The notes: a model not told the origin generated them from the letters alone. Shown: positions 18,758-27,404, numbered from the stretch's first letter. The stretch: DNA of 64,000 nt from an uncultured Oscillospiraceae bacterium (GCA_964650705.1 CAZYUJ010000008.1:6762-70761), one strand, 5' to 3'. Program-made: numbers and translations.

Positions 18758-19933
18758 TTATCTCTTCTTGGAAAGAGCAACAGCAGCCATAGCAACTACC
18801 ATAGGAACGATAGCGAGTGCAAGACCGGTGTCAGCGGGCTCTTCTGTTTCAGCATCATCAGTATCAACAACGGGAGCATCTTCGGTAACTTCAACCTGTG
18901 CAACTACTTCGATTGCAGTGATGGTTGTTCCGGCATCACCGGAGATGATGAAGTTGCACCAAGAATAGCCGTCAGCCAAAGCATCAGCACAGCCAGCCAA
19001 AACATCAGCACAAGCGATAGTAGCAACGCCGTCAGCAGTTGTAACTGCTACTTCGTTGTTAGCCAAATCGCTCTGGAAGCCGAGCTTTGTAACGTTGCCG
19101 TCACAAGTGATCTTGAGGGTTGCACCTTCAGTGCTGAGAGCGTCGATAAGGTTGGTCCAAGTAGCGCCGTCCTTCCAGCTGGTTGCGAACTTATCAGAAT
19201 ACCAGTCGCCAACGAGAGTGCAATCAGCAATAGCCTTGCCGTTGTTGTCGTTGTCAGAGGTGTTGGTAGTGATGGAGAAGATAGTTTCTTCAACGATAGT
19301 AACTACGGGAGTTTCTTCTACTGCGGGAGTATCATCAGCAGGAGCTTCTTCTTCAGCAGGAGCTTCGATGGGAGCATCGGGAACTACTACAGCTACGTTA
19401 ACGATGTCGTAAACGTCGTCGGGAGAAGAGTTAGAGATAACAATAAGGTTAGCTCCGCTGGTGTTGTATCCGCCGGCAGTCCATGCAGCCAAGATGTCAG
19501 CAGCGTTGTACCAAACCTTGATGCCATCATCGAGAACGCAGTCGATGTGAACGTCATAAGGCTGACCGCCTTCAGTGGTAACAGCGATATCATGATTTGC
19601 AGTACCGAGAGCGATCCACTGGCAAGTGCTGCCATCAGCTACGGGATAGTTGCCAGACCACCATGAATCGAGGATGTTGAACTTTTCCCAACCGCCGGCT
19701 GTATAAGCCAATTCGCCTGTTGCTGCGCTGCCTCTGGTGATTACAAAGTAAGCACCGGGAGTTTCCAAAGCAGCAACGAAATCAGCAGTGCTGATCTGTG
19801 TTTCAAACTGTTCCCAGTTACCGTTAGAGAAGAACATTGTATCTTCGGAAACAAGAACTTCTTCAGCGGCGATTGCAACTGTTAAGGACATTACCATAAC
19901 AAGCGCCATAATGATTGATAAAACTTTTTTCAT
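18758..19933 (-). CDS. Secreted cell-surface protein P1 (domain A + domain B, acidic Pro/Glu linkers, C-terminal PADTG-TM-KKR anchor)
   Basis: 391 aa from the ATG at 19933 (GGAGGA 7 nt upstream), with signal peptide MKKVLSIIMALVMVMSLTVAIAA. C-terminus is EEPADTGLALAIVPMVVAMAAVALSKKR. Confidence 0.85.
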   Translation of the reverse strand: MKKVLSIIMALVMVMSLTVAIAAEEVLVSEDTMFFSNGNWEQFETQISTADFVAALETPGAYFVITRGSAATGELAYTAGGWEKFNILDSWWSGNYPVADGSTCQWIALGTANHDIAVTTEGGQPYDVHIDCVLDDGIKVWYNAADILAAWTAGGYNTSGANLIVISNSSPDDVYDIVNVAVVVPDAPIEAPAEEEAPADDTPAVEETPVVTIVEETIFSITTNTSDNDNNGKAIADCTLVGDWYSDKFATSWKDGATWTNLIDALSTEGATLKITCDGNVTKLGFQSDLANNEVAVTTADGVATIACADVLAGCADALADGYSWCNFIISGDAGTTITAIEVVAQVEVTEDAPVVDTDDAETEEPADTGLALAIVPMVVAMAAVALSKKR

Positions 19934-19978
19934 TATAATTTCCTCCAATGAAATTAATTCGGTATATTACCAAAACTA

Positions 19979-20007
19979 ATTATAACTCTTGAATAATAAT
20001 TTGTCAA
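19979..20007 (-). promoter_or_regulatory. Perfect consensus sigma-A promoter of P1 (TTGACA-N17-TATAAT)
   Basis: On the minus strand, TTGACA is at 20002-20007 and TATAAT at 19979-19984 with a spacer of exactly 17 nt. Confidence 0.75.
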
Positions 20008-20078
20008 TGAATAGCTAATAATATGTCAGTTTAACAATATATAAAGAGGAAAAATTGTGCATATTCAATAAAGAAAAA

Positions 20079-20100
20079 GTCCCCCCAAAAAAGGGAGGAC
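20079..20100 (-). terminator. Terminator after P2
   Basis: Minus strand reads GTCCTCCC-TTTTTT-GGGGGGAC followed by TTTTTCTTT. Confidence 0.75.
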
Positions 20101-20121
20101 TTTTATTAGTTGTAAATCAAA

Positions 20122-20709
20122 TTACTTTCTCTTGGAAGCAACTACAACTGCAGCAGCTACTACCATAGGAACGATAGCGAGTGCCAAACCGGTGTCAGCA
20201 GGAGCTTCGTCTTCAGTAGCGGGAGCTTCATCAGTGGTGTCTTCTGCAGGAGCTTCGTCTTCAACAGGAGCTTCTTCAACAGCAGCATCAGCGCCAACGA
20301 GAGTGATGTATTCCCAAGTGATTGTGGGAACAGGCAAACCGTAGCTTGCGCCCTTGATTACGATGTTGTTAGCAACGCCCTTAGAAGAATCTTCTGCCAA
20401 GGAAGCGAGCAATACAACTTCGGTTTCGAAAACGCCATCAACAACTTCAACGGTTGTGATGTCGGATTCTCTGCTGGGGTATACGCCGTTACCAAGGTAA
20501 ACTCTGAAGTTAGCATCAGCAGTACCCTTGATCTTGATGGTTACGGTTTCGCCTTCAGCAACATCAGCGGGAAGGTCGATAGTTGCAACGTCGAGACCGC
20601 TAGTCACATGGTCAACGTAGTTAGCAGTCAAATCTGCATCAGCGAAAGCAACGCAGGTAAGAGACAATGCCAAAACGAGTGCCATTGCGATAGAAAGAAT
20701 CTTTTTCAT
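20122..20709 (-). CDS. Secreted cell-surface protein P2 (single beta-rich module, acidic linker, PADTG-TM-KRK anchor)
   Basis: 195 aa from the ATG at 20709 (GGAGGA upstream), with signal peptide MKKILSIAMALVLALSLTCVAFA. C-terminus is EAPADTGLALAIVPMVVAAAVVVASKRK. Confidence 0.85.
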   Translation of the reverse strand: MKKILSIAMALVLALSLTCVAFADADLTANYVDHVTSGLDVATIDLPADVAEGETVTIKIKGTADANFRVYLGNGVYPSRESDITTVEVVDGVFETEVVLLASLAEDSSKGVANNIVIKGASYGLPVPTITWEYITLVGADAAVEEAPVEDEAPAEDTTDEAPATEDEAPADTGLALAIVPMVVAAAVVVASKRK

Positions 20710-20759
20710 ATTCATTTCCTCCAAAAAATAATATTATTTTGTGGTTTACAACCGTTATT

Positions 20760-20788
20760 ATTATACATCTTGTATCGCGATCTGTCAA
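20760..20788 (-). promoter_or_regulatory. Perfect consensus promoter of P2 (TTGACA-N17-TATAAT)
   Basis: On the minus strand, TTGACA is at 20783-20788 and TATAAT at 20760-20765 with a 17-nt spacer. Confidence 0.75.
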
Positions 20789-20887
20789 TATCAATTTCCA
20801 AAAGTTCGATTATTATAATACAAAACGCAATATACCCTCGGCGAATCTATTCGATTTCGTGCAATAAAACGGTGTGATAAACAAAAA

Positions 20888-20908
20888 ACCTCCCAAAAAG
20901 GGAGGTTT
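20888..20908 (-). terminator. Terminator after P3
   Basis: AACCTCCC-AAAAA-GGGAGGTT with flanking A/T runs. Confidence 0.75.
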
Positions 20909-20921
20909 TAGGCTGAATCGA

Positions 20922-21692
20922 TTATCTCTTCTTAGAAAGAGCGACAGCAGCTGCAGCAACTACCATAGGAACGATAGCGAGTGCAAGACCTGTGTCAGCA
21001 GGAGTATCCTCTACTGTGGTGGTGTCCTCTACTTCGGGAGTATCTTCTACTTCGGGAGTTTCTTCTACAGCGGGTTCATCTTCAACGGGAGCTTCGTCAG
21101 CAGCAGGGCCTTCGCCGTTGTATTCAAGGTATGTGATGGTGAAGGTTACAGACTTGATAGAGTGAATGTAAGCTTCGAGGGTAGCGCCGTCAGAGCCGCC
21201 TGCTACGCCGGAGAAGTCGAAAGCACCGGGAACGTGAGTATTGCCTGCGATGCCGCCCCAAGAAGGCTCATAAGCTTCCAAGGATGCTTCGTAAACGCCT
21301 GCAACAGCAACTGTGTAATCGTCATAACCTTCAGCGGTGATAACGATATCAGAGATCTCATACTTGATGGTGGTCTTATCGCCGATCACAGCCTGTGTCT
21401 GACCGATGGTACCGTCGAGGATCTGAATACCGTACTGGTAAGAACCGCCGTCAGCAGTGGTTACGTTCTTCCAAGCATCGCCGGTATAGACAACAGTAGC
21501 AGTTTCGCCAAGGCCGATCTGAACTTCAGATCCGCCAGCGTCCTTCAAAGGTGTCCAAGCAGAGTAGCTGGGTGTATCCTGTACCCAAACCTGAGGCTGG
21601 ATGTGGATGTAAGATGTGTCAACTGCGAAAGCAGAAACGCACATTGCGCTCATGGCAACAACGATTGCCAAAAGAACAGCTAATTTTTTCAT
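20922..21692 (-). CDS. Secreted cell-surface protein P3 (distinct beta-rich module, acidic linker, PADTG-TM-KKR anchor)
   Basis: 256 aa from the ATG at 21692 (AGGAGGA upstream), with signal peptide MKKLAVLLAIVVAMSAMCVSAFA. C-terminus is DTPADTGLALAIVPMVVAAAAVALSKKR. Confidence 0.85.
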   Translation of the reverse strand: MKKLAVLLAIVVAMSAMCVSAFAVDTSYIHIQPQVWVQDTPSYSAWTPLKDAGGSEVQIGLGETATVVYTGDAWKNVTTADGGSYQYGIQILDGTIGQTQAVIGDKTTIKYEISDIVITAEGYDDYTVAVAGVYEASLEAYEPSWGGIAGNTHVPGAFDFSGVAGGSDGATLEAYIHSIKSVTFTITYLEYNGEGPAADEAPVEDEPAVEETPEVEDTPEVEDTTTVEDTPADTGLALAIVPMVVAAAAVALSKKR

Positions 21693-21737
21693 ATAAATTT
21701 TCCTCCTAATGTAGTGTAGGTAACAAAACCTGTTTAA

Positions 21738-21766
21738 ATTATATACCAATAGCAGCAAATTGTCAA
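21738..21766 (-). promoter_or_regulatory. Perfect consensus promoter of P3 (TTGACA-N17-TATAAT)
   Basis: On the minus strand, TTGACA is at 21761-21766 and TATAAT at 21738-21743 with a 17-nt spacer. Confidence 0.75.
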
Positions 21767-21829
21767 CAACGTCCTCAGTTAATACTTGTAGAATATTTTC
21801 ATAAAAAGTGTACAGTTTTAACAAAAAAC

Positions 21830-21858
21830 AAGCTCCCCTACTGTTTGTAGGAGAGCTT
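21830..21858 (-). terminator. Terminator after P4
   Basis: AAGCTCCCCTAC-TGTTTG-TAGGAGAGCTT hairpin. Confidence 0.7.
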
Positions 21859-21877
21859 ATTCAGGCAGAATAAATTA

Positions 21878-22618
21878 TTATCTCTTCTTGGAAAGAGCAA
21901 CTGCAGCCATAGCAACTACCATAGGAACGACAGCGAGTGCCAAACCGGTGTCAGCAGGAGCTTCGTCAGCAGGAGTATCCTCTACTGCGGGGGTGTCCTC
22001 TACTTCGGGAGTTTCTTCTACAGCAGGTTCATCTTCAACGGGAGCTTCTTCTTCAGCAGGAGCGCCGATGGGAGCATCGGGAACTACGATAGAGATGTTA
22101 ACGATGTCGTATGCGGTGGAAGAAGTGTTGGAGATGAGAAGGAGTTCAGAACCGCCGTTTGTGAAGCTTTCCCACTGTGCCAAGAATTCAGCAGCATCGT
22201 ACCAAACCTTTGTGCCGTCGTCGAGAACGCAGTCAAGCATTACGTCGAATTCAGGGAAGCCTTCAATAGTGTGAGCGCCGGTACCGAGACGCATGGTGTT
22301 GATGGTGTTGCCGTCAGCATCTGTACCGAGGTTGCCGGACCACCAGCTATCTGTCATGCAGAACTTTTCATACTTGCCGTCGCCTTCAGCGATCTCAGTG
22401 ACGTCAGTAGGAGCACTTCTGGTGATTACAACGTATGCGCCGGGAGTTGCCAAGTAAGCAGTGAAGTCAGCAACAGAAGTTTCAAGAGTATACTGAGACC
22501 AGTTGGATGCGCTGAAGAACAATGTATCTTCGCTCCAAATAACTTCCTCTGCAGCAACAGCAACTGTTAAGGACAATACCATAACGAGTGCCAATGCAAT
22601 AGATAAGATTTTCTTCAT
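21878..22618 (-). CDS. Secreted cell-surface protein P4 (paralog of P1 domain A, acidic linker, PADTG-TM-KKR anchor)
   Basis: 246 aa with signal peptide MKKILSIALALVMVLSLTVAVAA. Its domain aligns with the P1 N-terminal domain (SEDT.FFS..NW, TPGAY.VITR, DSWWSGN, LDCVLDDG.KVWY). C-terminus is EAPADTGLALAVVPMVVAMAAVALSKKR. Confidence 0.88.
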   Translation of the reverse strand: MKKILSIALALVMVLSLTVAVAAEEVIWSEDTLFFSASNWSQYTLETSVADFTAYLATPGAYVVITRSAPTDVTEIAEGDGKYEKFCMTDSWWSGNLGTDADGNTINTMRLGTGAHTIEGFPEFDVMLDCVLDDGTKVWYDAAEFLAQWESFTNGGSELLLISNTSSTAYDIVNISIVVPDAPIGAPAEEEAPVEDEPAVEETPEVEDTPAVEDTPADEAPADTGLALAVVPMVVAMAAVALSKKR

Positions 22619-22664
22619 ATAATTTTCCTCCTAAAAGCTTTTAGCGGTTTAATTAACCACAATC

Positions 22665-22693
22665 ATTATACAACTTATATAATTATTTGTCAA
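22665..22693 (-). promoter_or_regulatory. Perfect consensus promoter of P4 (TTGACA-N17-TATAAT)
   Basis: On the minus strand, TTGACA is at 22688-22693 and TATAAT at 22665-22670 with a 17-nt spacer. Confidence 0.75.
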
Positions 22694-22769
22694 TATGTTG
22701 CTAAAAATTAATGAAAATACAGACGTTTTAATCAATCATTTCCGTTTATCATTTGTTTAATATTTCAAA

Positions 22770-22799
22770 AAACAGCCTTGAGTAAGGCTCAAGGCTGTT
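22770..22799 (-). terminator. Terminator after the GH10 operon
   Basis: AACAGCCTTGAG-TAAGG-CTCAAGGCTGTT hairpin with flanking A/T runs. Confidence 0.75.
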
Positions 22800-22814
22800 T
22801 GTAAAAATGATATG

Positions 22815-24005
22815 CTATTTAAGCGCCAACGAGATGACATCCCAATAAGCTGACTTAAGCTCGTTATCACGGGCGATGAGGAAGGGATAGTTATCTTTTT
22901 CGCTGCTGTTGAGCCAAGAGTTGCCGTCGTTGATCCCCCAGAACACAACGGAATCAATAAGCCCCATCTCAGAGTATTCCATCAGCAAAGCAAAGAGGTC
23001 TTTATATGTCTGATTATACTTCTCGATGAATTCTTTATCGTCAGGATCGCCGTTCCAACCGTTACAGTTCATATCGAGCTCAGTGACTTCGAGGATGAAA
23101 TCGGGGTTGATCTCACGCAAGCGTGAAAGCTTTTCGAGATTGCTTCTCAAAGTATCGATATTCGTATCATAGCTTATATGCATCTGAAGTCCTATGCCGT
23201 CGATCGGAACGCCGTCCTCAAGCATCTTCTTGACAGCAAGATACATGCTGATGGTCTTTTGCTCGCTCCACTCCATGTTATAATCATTTATAATGAGTCT
23301 TGCATCGGGGTCAGCGGCACGTGCGGAAATGAATGCCTGCTCGATATAGTCGTATTTATCGCCGTCTCCGTCATAGTCCCCTATTATTTCGAGCCACTTG
23401 GAGTATCTGAGTCCTCCTCCGTCGTTAATAACTTCGTTAACAACGTCCCATGTATCTATCTTCCCGGCGTACCGTGAAACGATAGTGGTAACGTGTTCAT
23501 CGATTCTTTGCATAAGCTGTTCGGCAGTTGCGGGTTCGCCGCTAACGCCCGAAGCATAGAAGAACCAATCGGGAACCTGTGAGTGCCAGATGAGTGTGTG
23601 GCCGCGAAGAGTGACGTCATATTTCTCGCCGAATTCAACATAGGCATCGACATTAGTGAAGTTGTATGTATTTTCGGAAGGATGCATAGCATCGGGTTTC
23701 GAAGCGTTCTCAAGGACAAAAGTGTTGAACTGCTTCATTATGGATTTGAAATCATCACTTGAGGTGTTGCTGATAGTCCACGGGTTGATGCAAGCACCGA
23801 CCTTGAAATAATCGGCAAAAGCCTCATATAAAGATGGAGCATTGTCATCATAGGAATACTTTGCGAGCTTCATGGACTTCAGCTCATCCTGTGTGTACTG
23901 ATAATCCTCAGTAAGGATCGGCTGTGCGCCGCAGGCAGTAAGTGAAAGCATCAAGATCACAACTGCGAGCACAAGCGCAATAGCTCTTGGCAAGTGTCTT
24001 TTCAT
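22815..24005 (-). CDS. GH10 endo-1,4-beta-xylanase lipoprotein
   Basis: 396 aa from the ATG at 24005, with lipobox LSLTACG. GH10 motifs are present: RGHTLIWHSQ, WDVVNEV (acid/base Glu) and VTELDM (nucleophile Glu). Confidence 0.9.
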   Translation of the reverse strand: MKRHLPRAIALVLAVVILMLSLTACGAQPILTEDYQYTQDELKSMKLAKYSYDDNAPSLYEAFADYFKVGACINPWTISNTSSDDFKSIMKQFNTFVLENASKPDAMHPSENTYNFTNVDAYVEFGEKYDVTLRGHTLIWHSQVPDWFFYASGVSGEPATAEQLMQRIDEHVTTIVSRYAGKIDTWDVVNEVINDGGGLRYSKWLEIIGDYDGDGDKYDYIEQAFISARAADPDARLIINDYNMEWSEQKTISMYLAVKKMLEDGVPIDGIGLQMHISYDTNIDTLRSNLEKLSRLREINPDFILEVTELDMNCNGWNGDPDDKEFIEKYNQTYKDLFALLMEYSEMGLIDSVVFWGINDGNSWLNSSEKDNYPFLIARDNELKSAYWDVISLALK

Positions 24006-24040
24006 AGTTGTTCTCCGTTCCAAATAAATGTGTATTGTTA

Positions 24041-26206
24041 TCACTCAAGTGCGAGTGAGATGACCTCCCAATAAGTGCTCTTAAGCTCATTATCACGGCC
24101 GATAAGGAAGGGATGGTTGATTCTTCCGTTGCTGTTGAGCCAGGAATGATCGTCATTGATGCCCCAGAAGACAACAGTATCTATAAGACCCTTTTCGGAA
24201 TATTCCATGAAGAGCTTGAATGCCTGAACATAGGTGTTGTTATACTGCTTCATGAAGCTGTCTGTGAGGTTGACGGTCTTCGAATCGTCACTCCAAACGA
24301 AGCAGGACATATCCATCTCGGTGATCTCGATAGTGAAATCGGGGTTATATTTTCTCAAGCCTTCGAGGATCTCTAAGTTCTTTCTGAGCTGATTGATGTC
24401 GGTGTTATAGGCAATATGCATCTGAAGACCGACACCGTCGACCTTAATACCGTCCTCAAGCATTGATTTGACAAGGTTATATACGCCCTGAGTTTTAGCG
24501 GTGCTCCATTCAAGGTTATAGTCGTTGATGATAAGACGGGCATTGGGATCTGCGGCAGCCGCTGCTTTGAATGCGGCTTCAATATAGTCATACTTGTCAC
24601 CGTCTTTATCATAGTCCCCTACTATCTGGAGCCACTTCGAATCACGCAAGGTTCCGTCGTCATTAAACACTTCGTTTACGACGTCCCACGTGTCGATCTT
24701 GCCGGCATAGCGGGAAACGATGGTCGTTACGTGCTCGTCGATTCTGTCCAAAAGCTGTTTTGCAGTTGCGGCAGTTCCGCTTGTGCCCGACTTATAGAAG
24801 AACCAATCGGGGCACTGAGAGTGCCAGATGAGAGTATGTCCGCGCAATGTCACACCGTATTTCTCACCGAAATCAACGAACTTATCGACACTTGTGAAGT
24901 TGTATTTATTCTCGCTGGGATGCATAGCATCGGGCTTGGATTCGTTTTCAAGGGTGAAGGTGTTATACTGCTTCATCATCGACTTAAAATCTTCCGAGCT
25001 TGTGCTGTTTAAGTACCATGAGTTGATGCATGCGCCGACGTTGAAGTAATCCGAGAACGCTTCATACAAGGAAGGTGCGGAAGCGTCATATGAGGTCGTT
25101 GCCTTCTTCATTGCAGAAAGCTCGGATTTTTTGTATTCGTAATCGGTTCCGTAAAGCTGAGCGGCAAGAGTCTCGATCTCTTTATCGTCATCCTTATCAT
25201 TATCATTATCATTATCGGGAGACGTGTTTTCAGGCTGATATTCGCCGCAGGTGATAGTTACCGTGTAATCGAACTTAACAGCGCCTACGCTTGAGCTGAA
25301 AGCGTAAGGGTTGAGGATGATAGCATAGGTACCGTCGGGGATATCACAGGACATTTTAACAGTTTTGGAGTCGAACTCGACAGTAGCCTCGGCTGCGCCG
25401 TCCCCTCTCGAATTGAAGTGGAGCTCGCAATGAGGCTTCTTGCCGTTCCAGCAAGTATCAATATTGGATGCGGTCAGAGTTATCTCGATGGAAGTGATGT
25501 ATTCGAGCGGAACAGCAGACTCGATCACAGAGGTGATATCGGGATAGTGAGTTCCCCAGCAGCTTTCAACATCACCTGTAACGGAGTTCGGTTTGCAATA
25601 TGTGTCCCATTCGTTATCTAAGAATTCGCTGGAGAAGCTGCCGGACACGGTATATATACCGTCAGCGGGCTTGGGAGCATCTTCTGTGAGATAATTTCCG
25701 GAAACGAAATATTCACCGCCGTCAAACTTGATCCTGTACCAGCCGTTAGCAGCCTTGCCCGTAACCTGAACCTTCTCGCCTTCTGAAAGTCCGCCGACGC
25801 GTTCGCTGTTTGCATCAGGTTTTTCACGGACGTTGACGCTCGACTTGGCGTACATGTAGACCTCACCCGAAATGTCCTCGACGGCAACGGTTGCCTCTGT
25901 GGTGGTGACAGTGGTGGCTTCGGTCGTGGTAGTGGTTGCTTCGGTAGTTGTTGCAACCGTGGTCGTAGCTTCGGTAGTGGTGGTTGTTGCCTCAGTCGTC
26001 GTGGGCTCAGTAGCAGTCACTTCGGGCGTAGTTGCGGTCGCTTCCGCGGCGACGTCATCAGAAGTAGTTACCGATTCCTCAGGGGTGGTCACCGTTGAGG
26101 GCGACTCGACCTCGTCATTAGGTTTTTGGGGAGCACAGGCGGTCAATGAAAGAATCAGAACCGCAAGCGCCATGATGAATGATAGTGTTCTTCGCAAATG
26201 ATTCAT
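24041..26206 (-). CDS. Multidomain GH10 xylanase lipoprotein (Thr-rich linker, SH3b-like domain, unknown beta domain, GH10)
   Basis: 721 aa with lipobox LSLTACA and a TTTEATTT repeat linker. The segment VNVREKPDANSERVGGLSEGEKVQVTGKAANGWYRIKF is SH3b-like. GH10 motifs WDVVNEV and ITEMDM are present. Confidence 0.9.
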   Translation of the reverse strand: MNHLRRTLSFIMALAVLILSLTACAPQKPNDEVESPSTVTTPEESVTTSDDVAAEATATTPEVTATEPTTTEATTTTTEATTTVATTTEATTTTTEATTVTTTEATVAVEDISGEVYMYAKSSVNVREKPDANSERVGGLSEGEKVQVTGKAANGWYRIKFDGGEYFVSGNYLTEDAPKPADGIYTVSGSFSSEFLDNEWDTYCKPNSVTGDVESCWGTHYPDITSVIESAVPLEYITSIEITLTASNIDTCWNGKKPHCELHFNSRGDGAAEATVEFDSKTVKMSCDIPDGTYAIILNPYAFSSSVGAVKFDYTVTITCGEYQPENTSPDNDNDNDKDDDKEIETLAAQLYGTDYEYKKSELSAMKKATTSYDASAPSLYEAFSDYFNVGACINSWYLNSTSSEDFKSMMKQYNTFTLENESKPDAMHPSENKYNFTSVDKFVDFGEKYGVTLRGHTLIWHSQCPDWFFYKSGTSGTAATAKQLLDRIDEHVTTIVSRYAGKIDTWDVVNEVFNDDGTLRDSKWLQIVGDYDKDGDKYDYIEAAFKAAAAADPNARLIINDYNLEWSTAKTQGVYNLVKSMLEDGIKVDGVGLQMHIAYNTDINQLRKNLEILEGLRKYNPDFTIEITEMDMSCFVWSDDSKTVNLTDSFMKQYNNTYVQAFKLFMEYSEKGLIDTVVFWGINDDHSWLNSNGRINHPFLIGRDNELKSTYWEVISLALE
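25882..26044 (-). repeat. Degenerate in-frame tandem repeats encoding the Thr/Glu/Ala linker of the large GH10 protein
   Basis: The plus strand shows iterated GCTTCGGT(n)GTGGTGGT units. The encoded peptide is TEPTTTEATTTTTEATTTVATTTEATTTTTEATTVTTTEA. Confidence 0.8.
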
Positions 26207-26267
26207 AGTGATCCTCCGATCATGAATTTTTAGTTATATTAAATCATCTAACTTGGCATAAGTCAAG

Positions 26268-27404
26268 CTAAATGTTTCCTCCGCAGGCTTTATAGTCCAT
26301 CAAAAGCTCAACAACGCGGTAATAGCTCTTGATGCCGTCGGAAACGTCATTGAGCTTCAAGGTCGCATCGGTAAGAGCTTCGGAGACTGCTTCGACCGTT
26401 TCGGTCGGAATGATCTCCTTCTCCTCGTTTTTCTCCCAATAATCGGCGGTGAAGGATGCGATATCGTTCGACCAAACTATCGAAGGAACGATAGAGATTA
26501 TCCTAATGTATTCTTCCTCATATTCTGTGCCGACGAGGTTTTTCGCATCGGCATAGAGATAATACAGAGCATCCAAGCAGCCGCTGTACTTAACGGCATC
26601 ATCATTTGAAGAGAAGCACGCTATCATTGAAATGAAGTTGGCTTCATCCTCTTGAATTATGCCTTTGAGATGTGCAAGCTCGTGGCAAAGGGTCGAGGGC
26701 TTTGCGATATCCTGTGTATCTCGGTTATATGTAGCTTCCATGGTGAAAGGGATATAAAGTCCGATCACGCCCTCCTGTGACATGAAGAAGGAATTATATA
26801 TCGGCTTCGGAGTTGAATAGTATCCCGAAAGCTGAGAATAGGTTGAGGAGATGTTTTTCATCGCCTCAATGCACTCATCCCGATAATCATTGTCCAAAAC
26901 GATGTATCCGTCATCGTTGCGTGTGAAATTATCGCTCAGATCTGCTACCTGATGTGCGACAGCCTCAAGGGTTTCAAGCAACAGCTCTTCGGTATGCTCG
27001 GTCTCCTCGAAATATCGGGACGAGAAGGTTGAGCACTGATACATTATAAAGCAATTCAGTGTCTCGGTTACAAGGATGTACAGAACCACCCACAAAACGA
27101 ACTTCAGAGCGAAGTTCCTTACTTTTTTGCGTGCCGGCTTATCTTTTCGCTTGATCGTCGCAAAAACGATCAGCGCAGGGATCCCTATGAGAACGATCGC
27201 AACGCCGAGAATTATCAGCCATTCGCCGAGGGCAAACGGGAATACTCCCGAAAGCCACATCAGAGGAAGTGAAATTATCGGGAAGACCTTTTGAACGTAG
27301 AAATCGGAAAAAGGTTCGCTGATGCGGGCAATGATGTTTATAAGTATCATCGTAACAAAGCCGATAATAAGGATCAGGTTTGATATTTTTATTTTCTTAG
27401 TCAT
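26268..27404 (-). CDS. DUF3810-like membrane protein with an HExxH zinc-protease-like motif
   Basis: 378 aa with N-terminal TM helices and the motif CHELAHLKG. Overlaps the upstream CDF gene by 8 nt, so it is probably in the same operon. Confidence 0.65.
   Translation of the reverse strand: MTKKIKISNLILIIGFVTMILINIIARISEPFSDFYVQKVFPIISLPLMWLSGVFPFALGEWLIILGVAIVLIGIPALIVFATIKRKDKPARKKVRNFALKFVLWVVLYILVTETLNCFIMYQCSTFSSRYFEETEHTEELLLETLEAVAHQVADLSDNFTRNDDGYIVLDNDYRDECIEAMKNISSTYSQLSGYYSTPKPIYNSFFMSQEGVIGLYIPFTMEATYNRDTQDIAKPSTLCHELAHLKGIIQEDEANFISMIACFSSNDDAVKYSGCLDALYYLYADAKNLVGTEYEEEYIRIISIVPSIVWSNDIASFTADYWEKNEEKEIIPTETVEAVSEALTDATLKLNDVSDGIKSYYRVVELLMDYKACGGNI

Noticed and set aside
20874-21683. 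269-aa plus-strand ORF, together with the Ser/Thr/Ala/Gly-rich antisense ORFs across the surface-protein genes (18747-18968, 19056-19412, 20132-20344, 21888-22274, 25872-26201)
   Set aside because: All are antisense to genes that have signal peptides, RBSs, promoters and terminators. Their repetitive translations simply mirror the acidic or Thr-rich linkers on the other strand.
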